Part shown: positions 47,828 through 58,524 of the stretch, one piece after another
Layout of the letters: every line of letters begins with the position of its first letter
Numbering within the stretch: the first letter of the stretch is position 1
NCBI GenBank assembly: GCA_964202905.1
Contig: CAXNJO010000001.1
Coordinates: forward strand, 736,001 to 800,000
Length of the DNA stretch: 64,000 bases
Origin: Polyangiales bacterium
Lineage (GTDB): Bacteria > Myxococcota_A > Polyangia > Polyangiales > JADJQN01
Direction of reading: 5' to 3'
Notes under the pieces: model-generated
Told to the model about the DNA's origin: nothing
The model's input: the letters and a program-made list of their open reading frames with translations, nothing else
Database searches by the model: none
Made by a program: the position numbers and the translations under genes

Positions 47828-49084
47828 TCAGCGCACGCGCACGGCGACGTCCGCGGCGAGGCGCACGCGCGCGGCGCCGCCCGGCTCGTCCGCGGGGGCG
47901 GGGCGCAGCGGGAGCGGCTCGACCTCGAGCACGTCGCCGCGCGCCGCGTCGTCGAGCGCGGCGTTGCCGTCGCTGCGCTCGCGATCGAGGCGCATGAGCC
48001 GCACGAGCCCGGGCGCGCCGCACGTGAAGATCTCGGTTTTCCCTTTGGATTCGAGGGGATCGCCGACGACGCGCAGCGGCTCGCCCCCGCCCGTCGCCGC
48101 GTGCAGCGGGCCCGGCGTGTGGCGCAGCACGAGGTACGCGTAGCGCAGGCCCTCGAAGCGCAGGCCCGCGCCCCGCGCGAGGTCCGCGAGCGGGCCGGGC
48201 AGCGCGAGCGGGAGCGAGGCGTGGCACCAGTCGCGCTCGCCCGCGAGCATCGGGCACGGGCCGGTGCGCAGGCAGGGCGCCGCGACGAAGGGCGGCGCGG
48301 CGCGGGCCGCGAGCGCGTCGCGCACGGCCTGCAGCGCGCGGCTCGTGTCGCGCAGCGCGGGCTCGAGCACGACGAGCGCGCCATCGTCGGTGAGCCGCTC
48401 GGCGACCTGCGCGAGCCAGGCAGCGCGCCGCGCGACGGCCTCGGGCGCGGGCAGCCCCGCGAAGAATTCGTTCAGCGCGAAGCCGACGAGCACGAGGTCG
48501 AAGCGACCGGCGGGGAGCGTCTCGTCGCGCGTGAGGTCGCGCTCGTGCACGCGCACCTCGGTCGGCACCGCGACCTGCGCGAGCAGCCCGCCCGGGCGCG
48601 TCTCGCGGGCGAGCGCGGCGAGCAGCGAGAGCGCGCGCGCGTCGTCGTCGACGGCCTCCACCTCGAGGCCCCGCGCGGCGAGCCCGAGCGTGCGCAGGGC
48701 CGTGGCCGCCCCGAGGCTGGTCGCGCCGAGGCCCGCGCCGAGGTCGAGCACGCGCACGGGCCGGGTGCCGTCTCGCGCGGCGACGGGGAGCGCGCCGGCG
48801 CGGTGCAGCTCCGCGAGCGGACCGCCGATCTTCGCGAGATCGCGTGGCAGGAAGAAGCGCAGCCGCGCGGCGAGGGCGCCGCTCGTGCGGGGCGCGTCGG
48901 CGAGCGCGCGCGCGGCCTCGCGGTCACGCGTGTAGGCGGCCGAGAGCCGCGCGATCTCCGCGACGAGGGCCTCCGGCCGGGGGACGTCCGCGCGACCGAG
49001 CGCCTGCCGCCCGACGGCGTCGATCGCACGGAGCCACGCGGGCGGGACGCAGTCGGGGAGGGCTGCGGACCGAGGAGGGCGCAT
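47828..49084 (-). CDS. Rsm22-family SAM-dependent methyltransferase
   Basis: VLDLGAGLG, LEPAL, APCL...CPML...DWCH, YAYLVL. Confidence 0.85.
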   Translation of the reverse strand: MRPPRSAALPDCVPPAWLRAIDAVGRQALGRADVPRPEALVAEIARLSAAYTRDREAARALADAPRTSGALAARLRFFLPRDLAKIGGPLAELHRAGALPVAARDGTRPVRVLDLGAGLGATSLGAATALRTLGLAARGLEVEAVDDDARALSLLAALARETRPGGLLAQVAVPTEVRVHERDLTRDETLPAGRFDLVLVGFALNEFFAGLPAPEAVARRAAWLAQVAERLTDDGALVVLEPALRDTSRALQAVRDALAARAAPPFVAAPCLRTGPCPMLAGERDWCHASLPLALPGPLADLARGAGLRFEGLRYAYLVLRHTPGPLHAATGGGEPLRVVGDPLESKGKTEIFTCGAPGLVRLMRLDRERSDGNAALDDAARGDVLEVEPLPLRPAPADEPGGAARVRLAADVAVRVR

Positions 49085-49161
49085 GTTCGCCGCGTGTAGC
49101 ACGGTCGCCCGAGCGCGACCGCCCTCGCGCGGGGCGCGCGCGTGTCGTAACGTCCGCGCGC

Positions 49162-49917
49162 ATGACGGCCCCCGCAGCCCCGCGTCCGGCTTCCGTCGCA
49201 TCCGTGTCCGCGCTCGGCGAGCGCGCGTCGCGCGTGGTGCCGCTGCTCGCTGCGGCGACGGCGCTCCTCGTGCTCGGCGCGATCGGGCTCGTCTTCGGCG
49301 TCGCGCCCGTCGAGGCGCAGATGGGCATCGTCCAGAAGATCTTCTACTTCCACGTGCCGAGCGCCTACGCGATGTACGTCGGGTGGAGCGTCTGCGCGGT
49401 GTCGAGCGGCGTGTGGCTCTGGCGGCGCTCCGATCGCTGGGATGCGTGGGCGGTCGCGGGCGCGGAGGTCGGGCTCGTGTTCTGCGCGATCGTGCTCGTC
49501 ACGGGCCCGCTCTGGGCCCGCAAGGCGTGGGGCGTCTACTGGACCTGGGACCCGCGCCTCACCTCGACGCTGCTCGGCGGGCTCATGTTCGTCGCCTACC
49601 TCGTGCTGCGCGGGCTCGGCGCGGGCGGTCTCGCGGAGCGCCGCTTCGCCTCGGCCCTCGCGCTGCTCGGCATCCCGAACGCGGCGCTCATCCACTACAG
49701 CGTGCAGCGCTGGCGCGGGCAGCATCCGCAGGTGATCAGCGGCCGCGGCGGCGGGCTCTCCGCGGAGATGAAGCCCGCCTTCTACCTCGCGTTTTTCGCG
49801 TTCACCGCGCTCGTCGTGCTGCTGCTCTGGGCGCGCGCGCGGGCCGAGCGGCTGCAGCAGGCCGCGCGGCGACTCGAGCTCGACGCCGCCGAGCGCGGCC
49901 TCCTGGAGGATGCATGA
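49162..49917 (+). CDS. ccmC: heme exporter protein C
   Basis: KIFYFHVPSA, TGPLWARKAWGVYWTWDPRLT (WWD domain), IHYSV..WRGQHP. Confidence 0.93.
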   Translation: MTAPAAPRPASVASVSALGERASRVVPLLAAATALLVLGAIGLVFGVAPVEAQMGIVQKIFYFHVPSAYAMYVGWSVCAVSSGVWLWRRSDRWDAWAVAGAEVGLVFCAIVLVTGPLWARKAWGVYWTWDPRLTSTLLGGLMFVAYLVLRGLGAGGLAERRFASALALLGIPNAALIHYSVQRWRGQHPQVISGRGGGLSAEMKPAFYLAFFAFTALVVLLLWARARAERLQQAARRLELDAAERGLLEDA

Positions 49918-50273
49918 GGGCGCGGAACGTGGGGCAGCGGGCGCGGTCGGCGCGCGCGTCGTCGGGGGTCGCCGTGCTCGTCGCGCTCGCGTCGTTCGCG
50001 GTGGCGGGCGTCGCCGGGGCGCAGGACGCGGGGCAGGCCGCGGGCGGTGCAGGCACCGGCCGCGAGACGGAATTCGTGGCGATGACGGGCCCCGCGCGCG
50101 AGAGCGTGCCCGGCGGGACGCTGCTCGTCTCGGCGTACGCCGCGGTGTGGGTGCTGCTCGCGGCGTACGTCGGGCGGCTCGCGCTGCTGCAGGCCGCGAC
50201 GGGTCGCGAGGTCGCGCGCCTCGAGGCCGCGCTGCGTGCCCGTGAGCCGGGCGGCGCGGGGCCGAAGACGTGA
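49914..50273 (+). CDS. ccmD: CcmD-like protein with N-terminal extension
   Basis: ATGA overlap with ccmC; LVSAYAAVWVLLAAYVGRL followed by coiled coil. Confidence 0.7.
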   Translation: MRARNVGQRARSARASSGVAVLVALASFAVAGVAGAQDAGQAAGGAGTGRETEFVAMTGPARESVPGGTLLVSAYAAVWVLLAAYVGRLALLQAATGREVARLEAALRAREPGGAGPKT

Positions 50274-50401
50274 CGCCGACGATCGAGCACGTCCTCTTCA
50301 TCCCGGGCGTGCTGATCGTGGGTGTGTGGATCGGGTACTGGCTCGGGGCGCGGTCGGCGCGCGCCGAGCTCGAGCGACGCGAGCAGCGGCGGCGCGAGTA
50401 G
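50270..50401 (+). CDS. 43-aa single-TM small protein
   Basis: Below ORF cutoff. GTGA overlap with ccmD; MTPTIEHVLFIPGVLIVGVWIGYWLGARSARAELERREQRRRE. Confidence 0.72.
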   Translation: MTPTIEHVLFIPGVLIVGVWIGYWLGARSARAELERREQRRRE

Positions 50402-50426
50402 CGTACCCGCGCAGGAGGAGCAGGCG

Positions 50427-51571
<1,145 letters not shown>

Positions 51572-51575
<4 letters not shown>

Positions 51576-52819
51576 GCGGACGGCGGCGCGGCGGCCGGGC
51601 GGCGGGCGATCGGCGTGCGGCGACGCGCGGTGTGCGCGCGTGGCCCGCGCGCTTCGCCGTCGCGCGCTTCGCCGTCGCGCGCTTCGCCGTCGCGCTCTGC
51701 ACCGTCGCTCTCGGCACCGTCGCGCTCGCTGCGTGCGAGGGCAGCGCGCGCGCACCGTCGCCGCCCGGGGATGCGCGTCCCGCGTCGCCCGTCGTTCCGG
51801 CGAATCCGTCGCGTCCCGCGTCGCCCGTCGTTCCGGCGAATCCGTCGCGTCCCGCGTCGCCCGTGCCCTTGGCAGAGCCCACTTCGCCTGCGGAGGCGGC
51901 GTCGGGCCCGCCGCGGGGCGCGCTCCCCGAGGCGACGGCGGTCGGGGGCTTCTTCGGGCTCGAGGGCGGGGACGATGCGTGGATGGCGCGCATCGGCCGC
52001 GCGCAAGCCGCGCGCTTCCGGCCGATCGGCACCTCGAGCCTCGTGTTCAAGGTGTTCTTCACGGGCGGGCTCGAGGCCGCGTTTCGGCCGCGTACGCACG
52101 GGCAGTCGCGCGGCTGGCTGAACGAGGTCGCGGCGTACCGGATCGCGCGCGCGCTCGGCATGGATCAGGTCCCGCCCGCGGTGTCGCGCACGTTCACGCG
52201 CCGCGAGCTCCGGGGGCACCTCGACGCGGACTACGGCGGCGACTGGACCGCGCTCGACGCGGATCTCCTCGGCCGCGGCGACGCCGTCTGGGGCGCGCTC
52301 GTGTATTGGGTGCCCGGGCTGCGCGACCTCGAGCTCGACAGGCCGAGCGGCCTCGCGCGCGCCCGGCCCTGGCTCGCGCAGGACGGCGCGCCCGCGATCG
52401 GGGACGAGGTGTCGCTCGCCGCCGATCTCGCGACGATGCAGGGCTTCGACTACCTGCTCGCGAATGTCGATCGCTGGAGCGGCGGCAACGTTCGCGCCGA
52501 CGCGAGCGGCCGCCGTGTCGTCATCCGCGACCACAACCTCGCGCTGATCTCGCCGCTGCCGCGCGCGCAGCACGAGCGCGTGCTCGGCCGCGCGCGTGGC
52601 GTCGAGCGCTTCTCACGCCGCTTCGTGATGCGGCTGCGCGCGCTCGACGAGGCGGGGCTCCGCGCGGCGTTCGCGGCGGACCCCGCGGCGCAGGCCGGCT
52701 TCGCGCTGCTCGACGAGGCGCAACTGCGCGGCGTGCTCGACCGCCGCGCGGCGCTGCTCTCGCGCGTCGGCGCGCTGATCGCGGTGCACGGCGAGGACGC
52801 GGTGCTCGCCTTCCCGTGA
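51572..52819 (+). CDS. lipoprotein with atypical kinase fold (Fam20C/PI3-4K/HipA-like)
   Basis: Lipobox LAAC; AAFRP, NEVAAY, VPPAVSR, FDYLLANVDRWSGGN, IRDHNLA; start uncertain. Confidence 0.7.
51646..51864 (+). repeat. in-frame 15-bp (ARFAV x3) and 36-bp (RPASPVVPANPS x2.5) tandem repeats
   Basis: CGCGCGCTTCGCCGT units from about 51646; 36-bp units about 51774-51864. Confidence 0.85.
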
Positions 52820-52920
52820 CACGGCTCGGCGCCCCGTGCGCCGTGCGTGTTGCCCCGCCGCGCGAAACCGCCGACACTCGGCAGGCCCGAAACGCCTTTG
52901 TTTCCGCCCCGGAGTCGTTC

Positions 52921-53598
52921 ATGTCCGCTGCCGTCCCGCCTTCGCTTGCCCCGCTGCTCGCCCTGCTCGTCCACGACCTGCGCAACCCGGTCGCGACGAT
53001 CGGCGCGAACCTCAGCTACGTGAGCGAGGCCGCGAACGACGCGCTCGACTCCGAGTCCCGTGAGGCGCTCTCGGACTCGACGGCCGCGCTCTACGACCTC
53101 GCGTGCGGCCTCGACCACCTCGCGTATCTCTCGCGCCACGTCGCCGGCGAGCCTGCGGCGTCGGCCGCGGAAGGCAGCGTCGCCGACGCTCTCCGCGCGC
53201 TTCCGTCGCGCGCGCGCCCCGTGGGACTCCAGGTGATCGTGGAAGACTCGCAGTTGCGCGCCCGTGGCGCGCAGGGCCTGCCGCGCCTGCTCGAGGTGCT
53301 GCTCTCGAACTCGGGGCAGCACGCCGCGGGCAAGCCGGTCGTCGTGCGCGCGCGGCGCGACGGCGAGTACGTCGTCGTCGAGGTCGAGGACAAGGGCCGC
53401 GCGATCGCCCCCGAGCTCCGCGCGGTGGCGTTCACCGCGGCCGGCCAACTCCAGCTGAAGGAGCGCTCGGACGGGCGCTACGGCCGCTCGCTCGGCCTCT
53501 TCGCTGCCGGGCTGCTCGCGCAGGCGATGGGCGCGCGCCTCGAGGCCGCGGGGGTCGACGGCGCCGCGATCTTGCGCGTCCTGCTCACGCCCGCCTGA
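52921..53598 (+). CDS. sensorless histidine kinase-like protein (HisKA + degenerate HATPase)
   Basis: VHDLRNP H-box, LLSNS N-box, VEDKG, GRSLGL. Confidence 0.78.
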   Translation: MSAAVPPSLAPLLALLVHDLRNPVATIGANLSYVSEAANDALDSESREALSDSTAALYDLACGLDHLAYLSRHVAGEPAASAAEGSVADALRALPSRARPVGLQVIVEDSQLRARGAQGLPRLLEVLLSNSGQHAAGKPVVVRARRDGEYVVVEVEDKGRAIAPELRAVAFTAAGQLQLKERSDGRYGRSLGLFAAGLLAQAMGARLEAAGVDGAAILRVLLTPA

Positions 53599-53697
53599 GG
53601 GCGGCGATCGCGCGGCGGTCGGCCATCCCCGCGCGATGCACCCCGGGCGTGCGGAGCGCGCTTGACAGCATGCCCGCCGTGTCCCTTCTAATCGCGC

Positions 53698-54114
53698 ATG
53701 CTCGACGAGGCGGGACTGGTGGGCCACCTGGAGGCGCTCGGGTGGCGGGCGCAGCCGTGCGGGGAGCGCACCTGGCGCGTCGTGCACGAGACGTTCGAGG
53801 ACGATCTGCGCGTCTTCGTGCGGCTGAGCGACGAGTGGGTGATCGCGTCGATCGTGCCCTTCTTGCGCACGCGCGGCGTCAACACCTTCGACCTGTGCCG
53901 CTGGTTGCTGCGCCAGAACCGCGACATGTACCAGGCCAAGTTCGGCATCGACGACGACGGCGACGTCGTGCTCAGCGTCGAACTCCCGACGGAATCGCTC
54001 GATTTCTCCGAGCTCCGCGCGGCCCTCGACTCGCTCGTGCGTCACGGGACGCGGCTGCGCGGGGTGCTGCGCGCGGCGTCGGACGCGGCGCGCGCGCAGG
54101 CGGTGGCGACGTGA
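53698..54114 (+). CDS. YbjN / CesT-chaperone-fold protein
   Basis: LLRQNRDMYQAKFGIDDDGDVVL motif; TTGACA at 53662-53667 upstream. Confidence 0.75.
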   Translation: MLDEAGLVGHLEALGWRAQPCGERTWRVVHETFEDDLRVFVRLSDEWVIASIVPFLRTRGVNTFDLCRWLLRQNRDMYQAKFGIDDDGDVVLSVELPTESLDFSELRAALDSLVRHGTRLRGVLRAASDAARAQAVAT

Positions 54115-54638
54115 GGGTCGAGGCCGACGCGGTCGTGCCGTTCTCGCGCGAGCGCACCTTCCTCGCCTACCGCGACGAGATGCCCGAGTTCGTGCGCTTC
54201 CTGCCGAACGTCAAGCGCATCGACGTCGAGGCGCGCGCGGAGACGCCGGGCGAGGTGAGCCTGCGGAACGTGTGGCATGGGGGCGGCGAGGTGCCGGCGG
54301 CGTTCCGCGCGGTCGTGAGCGAGGACGTGCTCTCTTGGACGGATCACGCGCGCTGGCGCGCCGCGGAGTGGCTCTGCGAGTGGCGCCTCGAGACGCACGC
54401 GCTCAGCGAGGCGGTGCGCTGCGACGGCACGACGCGCTTCGTGGAGCTGTCCGGGGATCGCACGCGCGTCGAGATCCGCGGCGAGCTCGCGATCGACCTC
54501 GGGCGCGTGCGCGGGGTGCCGTCCTTCCTCGCGGGCTCGCTCGGCCGCAAGGTCGAGCAGTTCCTCGTCAAGCAGATCACGCCGAACCTCACCGGCGTCA
54601 CCGACGCGCTGACGCGGCACCTGCAGGGCGAGCGCTGA
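54111..54638 (+). CDS. SRPBCC/START-like lipid-binding fold protein
   Basis: GTGA overlap; AYRDEMP...LPNV..I.V, NVWHGG, LSWTDHA.W pattern. Confidence 0.7.
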   Translation: MRVEADAVVPFSRERTFLAYRDEMPEFVRFLPNVKRIDVEARAETPGEVSLRNVWHGGGEVPAAFRAVVSEDVLSWTDHARWRAAEWLCEWRLETHALSEAVRCDGTTRFVELSGDRTRVEIRGELAIDLGRVRGVPSFLAGSLGRKVEQFLVKQITPNLTGVTDALTRHLQGER

Positions 54639-54713
54639 GCGCGCGCACGGCGGTCGACGCGGTCGCCGCGCGGTGCGGTCGCGCGTCGCGGAATCCCGGC
54701 TAAGTTCGCGCAG

Positions 54714-56339
54714 ATGCGCGTCACCACCGACTACCTCGTGCTCGGCTCCGGCGTCGCCGGCCTCACCTTCGCGCTCGAGGCCTCGCGGCACGGCGAGGTG
54801 GTCGTCATCACCAAGCGCGGCATCAGCGACGCCGCGACGACCTGGGCGCAGGGCGGGATCGCGGCCGTCCTCGACCCGCACGACTCCTTCGAGGCGCACG
54901 TCGAGGACACGCTCGCGACGGGAGGCGGCCTCTCGCACCGCGACGTCGTCGAGCGCGTGGTGCGCGACGGGCCGGCGCGCATCGAGGCGCTCCTCGCGCA
55001 CGGCGTGCCCTTCGACGCGGCGCACGCAGAGGGCGAGGGCGGGTCGGCCGCGGCGCGGCTCGACCTCACGCGCGAGGGCGGCCACAGCGCGCGGCGCGTC
55101 GTGCACGCGGGCGACATCACCGGGCGCGAGGTCGAGCGCGCGCTCGTCGCGGCGGTGCGGGCGAACCCGCGCATCCGCGTCGTCGAGCAGGCGATGGGCG
55201 TCGACCTCGTCGAGCTCTCGCGCTTCGGCGGACCGCGCGCGGTCGCGGGCGCCTACGTGCTCGACGTGCCGAGCGGCGCCGTGGACACGTACGTCGCGCG
55301 CGCGACGATCCTCGCGACGGGCGGCGCGGGGAAGGTCTACCTCTACACCTCGAACCCCGACGTCGCCTCGGGTGACGGCGTCGCGATGGCGTACCGCGCG
55401 GGCGCGGCGCTCGCGAACATGGAGTTCTTCCAGTTCCACCCGACGGTCCTCTACCACCCGCAGGCCAAGAGCTTCCTCATCAGCGAGGCGCTGCGCGGCG
55501 AGGGCGGGGTGCTGCGGCTCGCGGACGGCACCGCCTTCATGGAGCGGCACCACCCGTCGCGCGACCTCGCGCCGCGCGACGTCGTCGCCCGCGCGATCGA
55601 CTTCGAGATGAAGCGCACCGGCGACGACTGCGTGTACCTCGACATGAGCGCGTGCACGCCGGCGTACCTGCGCGAGCGCTTCCCGAACATCGCGGCCGAG
55701 TGCCTGAAATACGGCATCGACCTCACGAAGCAGCCGATCCCCGTCGTGCCCGCGGCGCACTACACCTGCGGCGGCGTCGTCGTCGACGCGGACGGACGCA
55801 GCTCGCTCCCGGGCCTCTGGGCGATCGGCGAGGTCTCGTGCTCGGGCCTGCACGGCGCGAACCGCCTCGCCTCCAACTCGCTGCTCGAGGGACTCGTGTA
55901 CGGACACCGCGCGGCCACGGCGCTCGGCGAGAAGTCGTACCGCGGCTCGCTCGCCGACCCGCCCGAGTGGAACGTCGGCAGCGCCGTGCCGAGCGACGAG
56001 GCCGTGCTGATCACGCAGAACTGGGACGAGATCCGCCGCTTCATGTGGAACTACGTCGGGATCGTGCGCAGCGAGAAGCGCCTGCGGCGCGCGTCGCGGC
56101 GCATCGCGCTGCTCCAGGAGGAGATCCGCGCCTACTACTGGAAGCACCTCGTCACGCGCGATCTGCTCGAGCTGCGCAACCTCGCCGACGTCGCCGAGAC
56201 GATCGTCGCCGCGGCCTCCTTCCGCAAGGAGAGCCGCGGCCTGCACCACACCATCGATCACCCCGCGACCGATCCCGCGTGGCAGGGGGACACCGTGCTC
56301 GTGCGCGGCGAAGCGCCCCGCCTCGTGCGCCACGACTGA
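54714..56339 (+). CDS. nadB: L-aspartate oxidase
   Basis: GSGVAGL, WAQGGIA, EGGHS.RRVVHAGD.TG, QFHPT, SEALRGEG, APRDVVAR, AHYTCGG, HGANRLASNSLLEG, ESRGLH. Confidence 0.96.
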   Translation: MRVTTDYLVLGSGVAGLTFALEASRHGEVVVITKRGISDAATTWAQGGIAAVLDPHDSFEAHVEDTLATGGGLSHRDVVERVVRDGPARIEALLAHGVPFDAAHAEGEGGSAAARLDLTREGGHSARRVVHAGDITGREVERALVAAVRANPRIRVVEQAMGVDLVELSRFGGPRAVAGAYVLDVPSGAVDTYVARATILATGGAGKVYLYTSNPDVASGDGVAMAYRAGAALANMEFFQFHPTVLYHPQAKSFLISEALRGEGGVLRLADGTAFMERHHPSRDLAPRDVVARAIDFEMKRTGDDCVYLDMSACTPAYLRERFPNIAAECLKYGIDLTKQPIPVVPAAHYTCGGVVVDADGRSSLPGLWAIGEVSCSGLHGANRLASNSLLEGLVYGHRAATALGEKSYRGSLADPPEWNVGSAVPSDEAVLITQNWDEIRRFMWNYVGIVRSEKRLRRASRRIALLQEEIRAYYWKHLVTRDLLELRNLADVAETIVAAASFRKESRGLHHTIDHPATDPAWQGDTVLVRGEAPRLVRHD

Positions 56340-56443
56340 CGCGCTCGCCGGGGGCCGTCACGCCGACGCGGCGTCGCGCGTCCGCGCATCCGGCGCGATT
56401 TGGCGCGTTCGCGCGTGGGGCGATACGCTGCGCGCTCGCCCCG

Positions 56444-57094
56444 ATGCGCCGCCTCCCGTCGATCGCCGTCGCCGTCGCGCTCCTCGCCGGGATCGCCGCG
56501 CCCGTCGCGCGCGCGGACCTCTACCAGTGGACGGACGCCGAGGGCGTCACGCACTACACGAACGTGCGGCCGCGCGGCGTGCGCAACGTGCGCGTCGTCG
56601 TCACGGGCGGGGGCGATGGGCCCGAGCGCCGCGGCGCCGTCCGTGATCGCGTGCCCGCGCGCGACCGCTCCCCCGATCGCTACTCGCGCTTCGACGCGCC
56701 GATCCGCGAGGCCGCGCGGCTCTACCAGCTGCCCGAGGCGTTCATCCGCGCCGTGATGCGCGTCGAGAGCGACTTCGATCCCAACGTCGTGTCGCGCGTG
56801 GGCGCGATGGGCCTGATGCAGCTGATGCCCGGCACCGCCGCGGGCATGGGCGTGCGCGATCCGTTCGATCCGCGCGAGAACATCCTCGGCGGCGTGCGCT
56901 ACCTGCGCGTGCTCGCCAACGGCTTCAACGGCGACCTCGTGCTGACGATCGCGGCCTACAACGCGGGCGAGGGCGCGGTGATGCGCTACGGCGGCGTCCC
57001 GCCCTACGACGAGACGCGGCGCTACGTGCAGAACGTGCTCCGCTACTACTACGCCTTCCGCGCCGCCGAGCTCGCGTCCGCGCAGCAGCCGTGA
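56444..57094 (+). CDS. soluble lytic transglycosylase (SLT) with N-terminal DUF4124
   Basis: Signal peptide, YQWTDAEGVTHYTN, VES, GAMGLMQLMP, AAYNAG, PYDETRRYV. Confidence 0.93.
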   Translation: MRRLPSIAVAVALLAGIAAPVARADLYQWTDAEGVTHYTNVRPRGVRNVRVVVTGGGDGPERRGAVRDRVPARDRSPDRYSRFDAPIREAARLYQLPEAFIRAVMRVESDFDPNVVSRVGAMGLMQLMPGTAAGMGVRDPFDPRENILGGVRYLRVLANGFNGDLVLTIAAYNAGEGAVMRYGGVPPYDETRRYVQNVLRYYYAFRAAELASAQQP

Positions 57095-58410
57095 GCGCGG
57101 GCGCGGCCGATCCGCCCCCCGAGGGCGTCCCGCCGCTGCCGGAGGACGGCCTGCTCGCCTGGCTCCCCGGGCTCTGGGTGTTGCGCCACTACCGGCGCAC
57201 CTGGCTCGCGCACGATCTGTCCGCGGGCCTCGTGCTCTCGGCGCTGCTCGTGCCTGCGGGGATGGGGTACGCGCAGGCGTCGGGCCTCCCTGCGGTGACG
57301 GGCCTCTACGCGACGGTCGGCGGGCTCGTCGCGTATGCGCTCTTCGGGCCGTCACGCATCCTCGTGGTCGGGCCGGACTCCGCGCTCACCGCGCTCGTCG
57401 CGGCGGCCGTGGTCGGGCCCGCTGCGGGCGATCCGGCGCGGGCGACGGCGCTCGCCGCGCTGCTCGCGCTCTTCACGGGCGTGCTTTGCGTCGTCGCCGG
57501 CCTCGCGCGCGCGGGCTTCGTCACCGAGCTGCTCTCGAAGCCGGTGCGCGTGGGCTATCTCCACGGCATCGCGCTGACGGTGATCGTCTCGCAATTGCCC
57601 AGATTGTTTGGGTTTTCCGTGTCCGAGCCCGACGTCCCGGGTGCCCTCGCCGGCTTCGCGCGCGGCCTCGTCGACGGGCGCGCGCGGCCTCTCGCGCTCG
57701 CGCTCGGCGTCGGGAGCCTCGCCGTCGTGCTCGTCGCGCGGCGGATCGCGCCGCGTCTGCCGGGCGTGCTCGTCGCCGTCGCCGGGGCGACCGCGTTCGT
57801 GCTCGTCGGCGGGCTCGAGGCGCGGGTGCCCATCGTCGGTGCGCTGCCGCCCGGGCTGCCGCTCCCCCGGCTCCCGTCGGCCTCGCTCGAGGAGCTCTCG
57901 GCCCTCGCGACCGCGGCGATGGGCATCGCGCTCGTCTCCTTCGCCGACACGAGGGTGCTCTCTCGCGCGTTCGCGGCGCGCACCGGGCATCGCTTGGACG
58001 CGAACCGCGAGCTCGTCGGACTCGGCCTCGCGAACCTCGCCGCGGGGCTGGTGCAGGGCTTCCCGGTGAGCGGCAGCGCCTCGCGCACGCCCGTCGCCGC
58101 AGCGGCCGGCGCGCGCACGCAGCTCACCGGCCTCGTCGGCGCGCTCGTGATCGTCGCGTCCGAGCACGGCGTCGTGCGGGCGCCACCCGAGGCGCTCGAG
58201 GAGCTCGACGCCGAGCTCACCGCGCGCGGCGTCGAGCTCGCCTTCGCGGAGCTGAAGGGCCCGGTCAAGGACCGCCTGCGCCGCTACGGTCTCGCCGAGC
58301 GCATCGGCCGCGACTTCTTCTTCCCGACCCTCGGCGTCGCCGTGAAGTCGTACCTGCAGCGGCACGAGGTCGCGTGGTCGGACTGGGAGGATCACGGGAC
58401 GCGCGAGTGA
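57091..58410 (+). CDS. SulP/SLC26 sulfate permease with apparent internal in-frame deletion
   Basis: DLSAGL...PAGMGYA, GLY, VGPDS, NRELVGLG, SGSASRT, TQLTG then jumps to STAS tail FAELKGPVKDRL...FFPT; 439 aa. Confidence 0.8.
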   Translation: MSAGAADPPPEGVPPLPEDGLLAWLPGLWVLRHYRRTWLAHDLSAGLVLSALLVPAGMGYAQASGLPAVTGLYATVGGLVAYALFGPSRILVVGPDSALTALVAAAVVGPAAGDPARATALAALLALFTGVLCVVAGLARAGFVTELLSKPVRVGYLHGIALTVIVSQLPRLFGFSVSEPDVPGALAGFARGLVDGRARPLALALGVGSLAVVLVARRIAPRLPGVLVAVAGATAFVLVGGLEARVPIVGALPPGLPLPRLPSASLEELSALATAAMGIALVSFADTRVLSRAFAARTGHRLDANRELVGLGLANLAAGLVQGFPVSGSASRTPVAAAAGARTQLTGLVGALVIVASEHGVVRAPPEALEELDAELTARGVELAFAELKGPVKDRLRRYGLAERIGRDFFFPTLGVAVKSYLQRHEVAWSDWEDHGTRE

Positions 58411-58524
58411 CGGCGCGGGCCCGCGCCGCCCGCGGGATCGAGGCCGCGTACCCGCGTTCTCCGGTCGGCAATCTCGGCATGACGTCGACGGCGCCGCCGA
58501 ACGGTGGTACGCCGCGGCCCGGAT

